From: an uncultured Spirochaetota bacterium
GTDB taxonomy: Bacteria; Spirochaetota; Brevinematia; Brevinematales; JAOACQ01
Reading direction: 5' to 3'
NCBI GenBank assembly: GCA_963796325.1
Contig: CAWCLF010000001.1
Coordinates: 1,461,800-1,525,799, forward strand
DNA: 64,000 nucleotides
Part shown: positions 61,799 to 64,000 of the stretch, one piece after another
How positions within the stretch are numbered: position 1 is the first letter of the stretch
Layout: each line of letters starts with the position of its first letter
Notes under the pieces: generated by a model
The model's database searches: none
What the model was told of the DNA's origin: nothing
What the model saw: only the letters and a program-made list of their open reading frames with translations
Translations under genes and position numbers: made by a program

Positions 61799-62659
61799 TT
61801 AACGTCCGACTTTCTGTCCCTTTTTATCAAGGTACATGGCTTCATCAGATACCTTCATAAGCGTGATCCTGTCCCTGCCGTCTTCGGGGTAGGTAGCAAT
61901 ACCGGCTGAAATTTTAAGTTTCAAGCCGCTTCCAGAATCGATTGTTTTCTCATTCAGCATTTCCCTGATTCTTTTTACCATTACCTCGGCTCCAGATTTC
62001 GGGGTCAGTTCTGACAGAACCATGAATTCATCTCCTCCCGTCCTGGCTACAAGATCATAATTCCTCTTAACTTTAAGGAAAACTTCTGCTAAGATTTTAA
62101 GCGCCTCGTCCCCTTTTTCATGGCCTATATTATCATTTATTTTCTTGAAATCATTTACATCGATATTGGTTATTGAAAAAACTTTCCCCGGCTTATTTAA
62201 TTTTTCGTCTAAATTATGTTCAAAATACCTCCGGTTATATAAACCGGTCAATTCATCTGTTATCGATTCTGTGAGCAGGCGGACAACCTTATTGTACTTC
62301 TTTACAGCAAGCTCCAGCGCTTTACTTAACGTCTCTATCCTGCATGGCTTCATAAGGAAATGGAATATTTCTCCCTTGTTGACCGCATCTATTGCCGTTT
62401 CTAAATCTACGTTCCCTGTTAGCATTATCCGGACGCTTTCCGGGCTTATTCCCCTTACTTTTTCCAGAAATTGAACCCCGTTCATGCCCGGCATGCGCAT
62501 ATCAGCGACGACCACTGAAAAAGGACCGTTTTTCTCTATGCATTCAAAGGCTTTATCGGTATTATTCTCAGTATGTACTATATAAATACTTTCAAACCTC
62601 TTTCTTAATATATCAAGAATCTTACTATCATCATCAACAAACAGTATCCTGTCTTTCAT
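61799..62659 (-). CDS. Response regulator + diguanylate cyclase (REC-GGDEF)
   Basis: ILFVDDD, VVADMRMP, LMKP; DELTGLYNRR, RTGGDEF. Confidence 0.92.
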   Translation of the reverse strand: MKDRILFVDDDSKILDILRKRFESIYIVHTENNTDKAFECIEKNGPFSVVVADMRMPGMNGVQFLEKVRGISPESVRIMLTGNVDLETAIDAVNKGEIFHFLMKPCRIETLSKALELAVKKYNKVVRLLTESITDELTGLYNRRYFEHNLDEKLNKPGKVFSITNIDVNDFKKINDNIGHEKGDEALKILAEVFLKVKRNYDLVARTGGDEFMVLSELTPKSGAEVMVKRIREMLNEKTIDSGSGLKLKISAGIATYPEDGRDRITLMKVSDEAMYLDKKGQKVGR

Positions 62660-62689
62660 TATATACATTCGTATGCGTATCAAGACCCC

Positions 62690-62920
62690 CTATTTAGTCA
62701 ATTCTTTATAAGTAATAGTCCCACAACTTACACAAGCTGTAGCCAGACGATTAAACAACTGACCTTCCCAAAACCTTCGGTTGAACCTGTAGCAGAACTC
62801 GTCCAGATACCTTTGTAAATGTTCGATACAAGACCCATGATAAGTACCCCTGATATAAGTCTTGGCGTTTGATATTATTATATGTACCCATTTCATTATA
62901 TAATCAACGGTAACGTTCAC
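62690..62920 (-). pseudogene. IS1595-family transposase C-terminal fragment
   Basis: WVHIIISNAK...GTYHG...YLDEFCYRFNRR, a close paralog of the 41254 fragment. Confidence 0.8.
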
Positions 62921-63169
62921 ATTTAGCTATGGTATTAAATTTGCTCTCAAAAGTAAGTGCATTGATCTCTTTTGTTGTGCCATGTTCACACCTCCATGAT
63001 TATATAACTCTTAATCGTATCATATATAAGGAGATATATCAATATTATACTGGCTTAACTTAATACGCATATTTAGTTATAACAAAGCATAAATCCATAT
63101 AATTAACTCCTGTTTTTACACTAAATTAATATCATTGCCGGAATAATGTAATTAATTTAAAATAATTGT

Positions 63170-64000
63170 ATGCATATAAATCAATCGCAAGCAATAGAAC
63201 TTATGAATGAATTGGGTTTGTCCAGGGTTCCGTTTTTATTCATAATTGATTTTGAAATGAAAAAACCAATCGTGATTTCTCTAAATGATTTGAAAGATGG
63301 CGATGTGTTATTTGATTTTGACGGTTTCAGGTATTGTCATCCGGATTATAAAACCAGCCGTCATACACTGAAATTTGTAAAACATCCTGTAAGTTTTGAT
63401 CAGTACAAATGTGCTTTTGACAAATTATCAAAGCATTTTAATCAGGGTAATATATTTCTGGTAAATCTGACCTTTCCTACCAATCTTGAAATGGATGTAG
63501 ACCTGAGAGATATATTTTATTGGAGTCATGCTAAATATAGATTATTATATCGGAATGAATTTGTAGTATTTTCACCGGAGATATTTGTAAAAATTGATGA
63601 CGGGATTATCTCAAGTTATCCAATGAAAGGCACCATAACGGCATCGGAGATTAATGCTGAAAAAAAACTGCTTTTGGATGAAAAGGAATTGGCAGAACAT
63701 ATAACAATTGTCGATCTCATTCGCAATGACCTGAGTATGGTAGCAGGAAATGTACGGGTTGAAAAATTCCGGTACATCGATCAGATTACGACCAACGAAG
63801 GAAAATTGCTCCAGACAAGTTCAAAAATATCCGGAAAACTGGCGCCGGATTACAATAAAAAGATTGGTGATATTCTGTTTGCATTGTTGCCCGCAGGTTC
63901 AATTAGCGGTGCTCCAAAGCCGAAAACTTTAGAAATCATTCATGAAGTAGAAGATTACGCGCGGGGATATTATACGGGAGTATTTGGGTATTTTGACGGC
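63170..64000 (+). CDS. pabB: Aminodeoxychorismate synthase component I (3' partial)
   Basis: Open frame from ATG 63170 to the window end (absent from the ORF track because it has no stop); FSPEIF, YPMKGT, EHITIVDLIRNDL, LPAGSISGAPK, RGYYTGVFG. Confidence 0.92.
   Translation, partial: MHINQSQAIELMNELGLSRVPFLFIIDFEMKKPIVISLNDLKDGDVLFDFDGFRYCHPDYKTSRHTLKFVKHPVSFDQYKCAFDKLSKHFNQGNIFLVNLTFPTNLEMDVDLRDIFYWSHAKYRLLYRNEFVVFSPEIFVKIDDGIISSYPMKGTITASEINAEKKLLLDEKELAEHITIVDLIRNDLSMVAGNVRVEKFRYIDQITTNEGKLLQTSSKISGKLAPDYNKKIGDILFALLPAGSISGAPKPKTLEIIHEVEDYARGYYTGVFGYFDG

Larger units (their letters stand above)
5310..62950. mobile_element. Composite genomic island / accessory region starting at tRNA-Tyr (right boundary approximate)
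   Basis: An integrase lies directly after the tRNA, followed by dense IS elements, pseudogenes and phage remnants until pabB resumes at 63170. No attR copy of the tRNA-Tyr 3' end was found. Confidence 0.55.

Noticed and set aside
50700-62700. c-di-GMP riboswitch near the signalling genes
   Set aside because: No GEMM-type GGCAAACC...GACGCAAAGC or class II consensus was recognised by eye; an Infernal search would be needed.
5290-63000. attR duplicate of the tRNA-Tyr 3' end
   Set aside because: No second copy of TCGAATCCACCCCCGACC was seen by eye, so the island's right end is not defined.
1-64000. CRISPR array or cas genes
   Set aside because: No regularly spaced direct repeats with unique spacers. 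The nuclease at 14699-16516 is RecB-like but lacks the Cas4 Fe-S cysteine cluster.

Overview
The window holds a short chromosomal segment (3-4960: membrane-anchored AraC regulator, DAGK-family kinase, two glycosidase-like proteins) and then tRNA-Tyr(GTA) at 5228-5309. A ~57 kb accessory region follows and ends before pabB, which runs off the right edge. The host is probably a spirochaete-like bacterium (inferred from Ser-linker lipoproteins, PilZ and FlgO-like proteins; not verified). The accessory region contains two paralogous tRNA-proximal integrase modules, one with a Rep-like gene followed by four hairpins. It also has a tightly coupled wHTH / AAA+ / nuclease-FtsK operon (candidate defence system) and two CLec/FGE-sulfatase lipoproteins whose C-termini look DGR-diversified and share a structured 3' element. 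Further right are a decayed attC-like cassette array (nucleotide cyclase, TA pair, HEPN protein), a phage portal remnant, mobile mystery proteins A/B with duplicated operators, and a c-di-GMP/ankyrin cluster with repeated PilZ-DUF2934 pairs. At least 14 IS elements or remnants (IS3, IS5, IS21, IS256, IS1380, IS1595) are present, and most ends and target duplications could be read directly. These include four 1596-bp IS3-family copies with atypical extended termini. All family assignments come from motif recognition by eye; no database searches were run.
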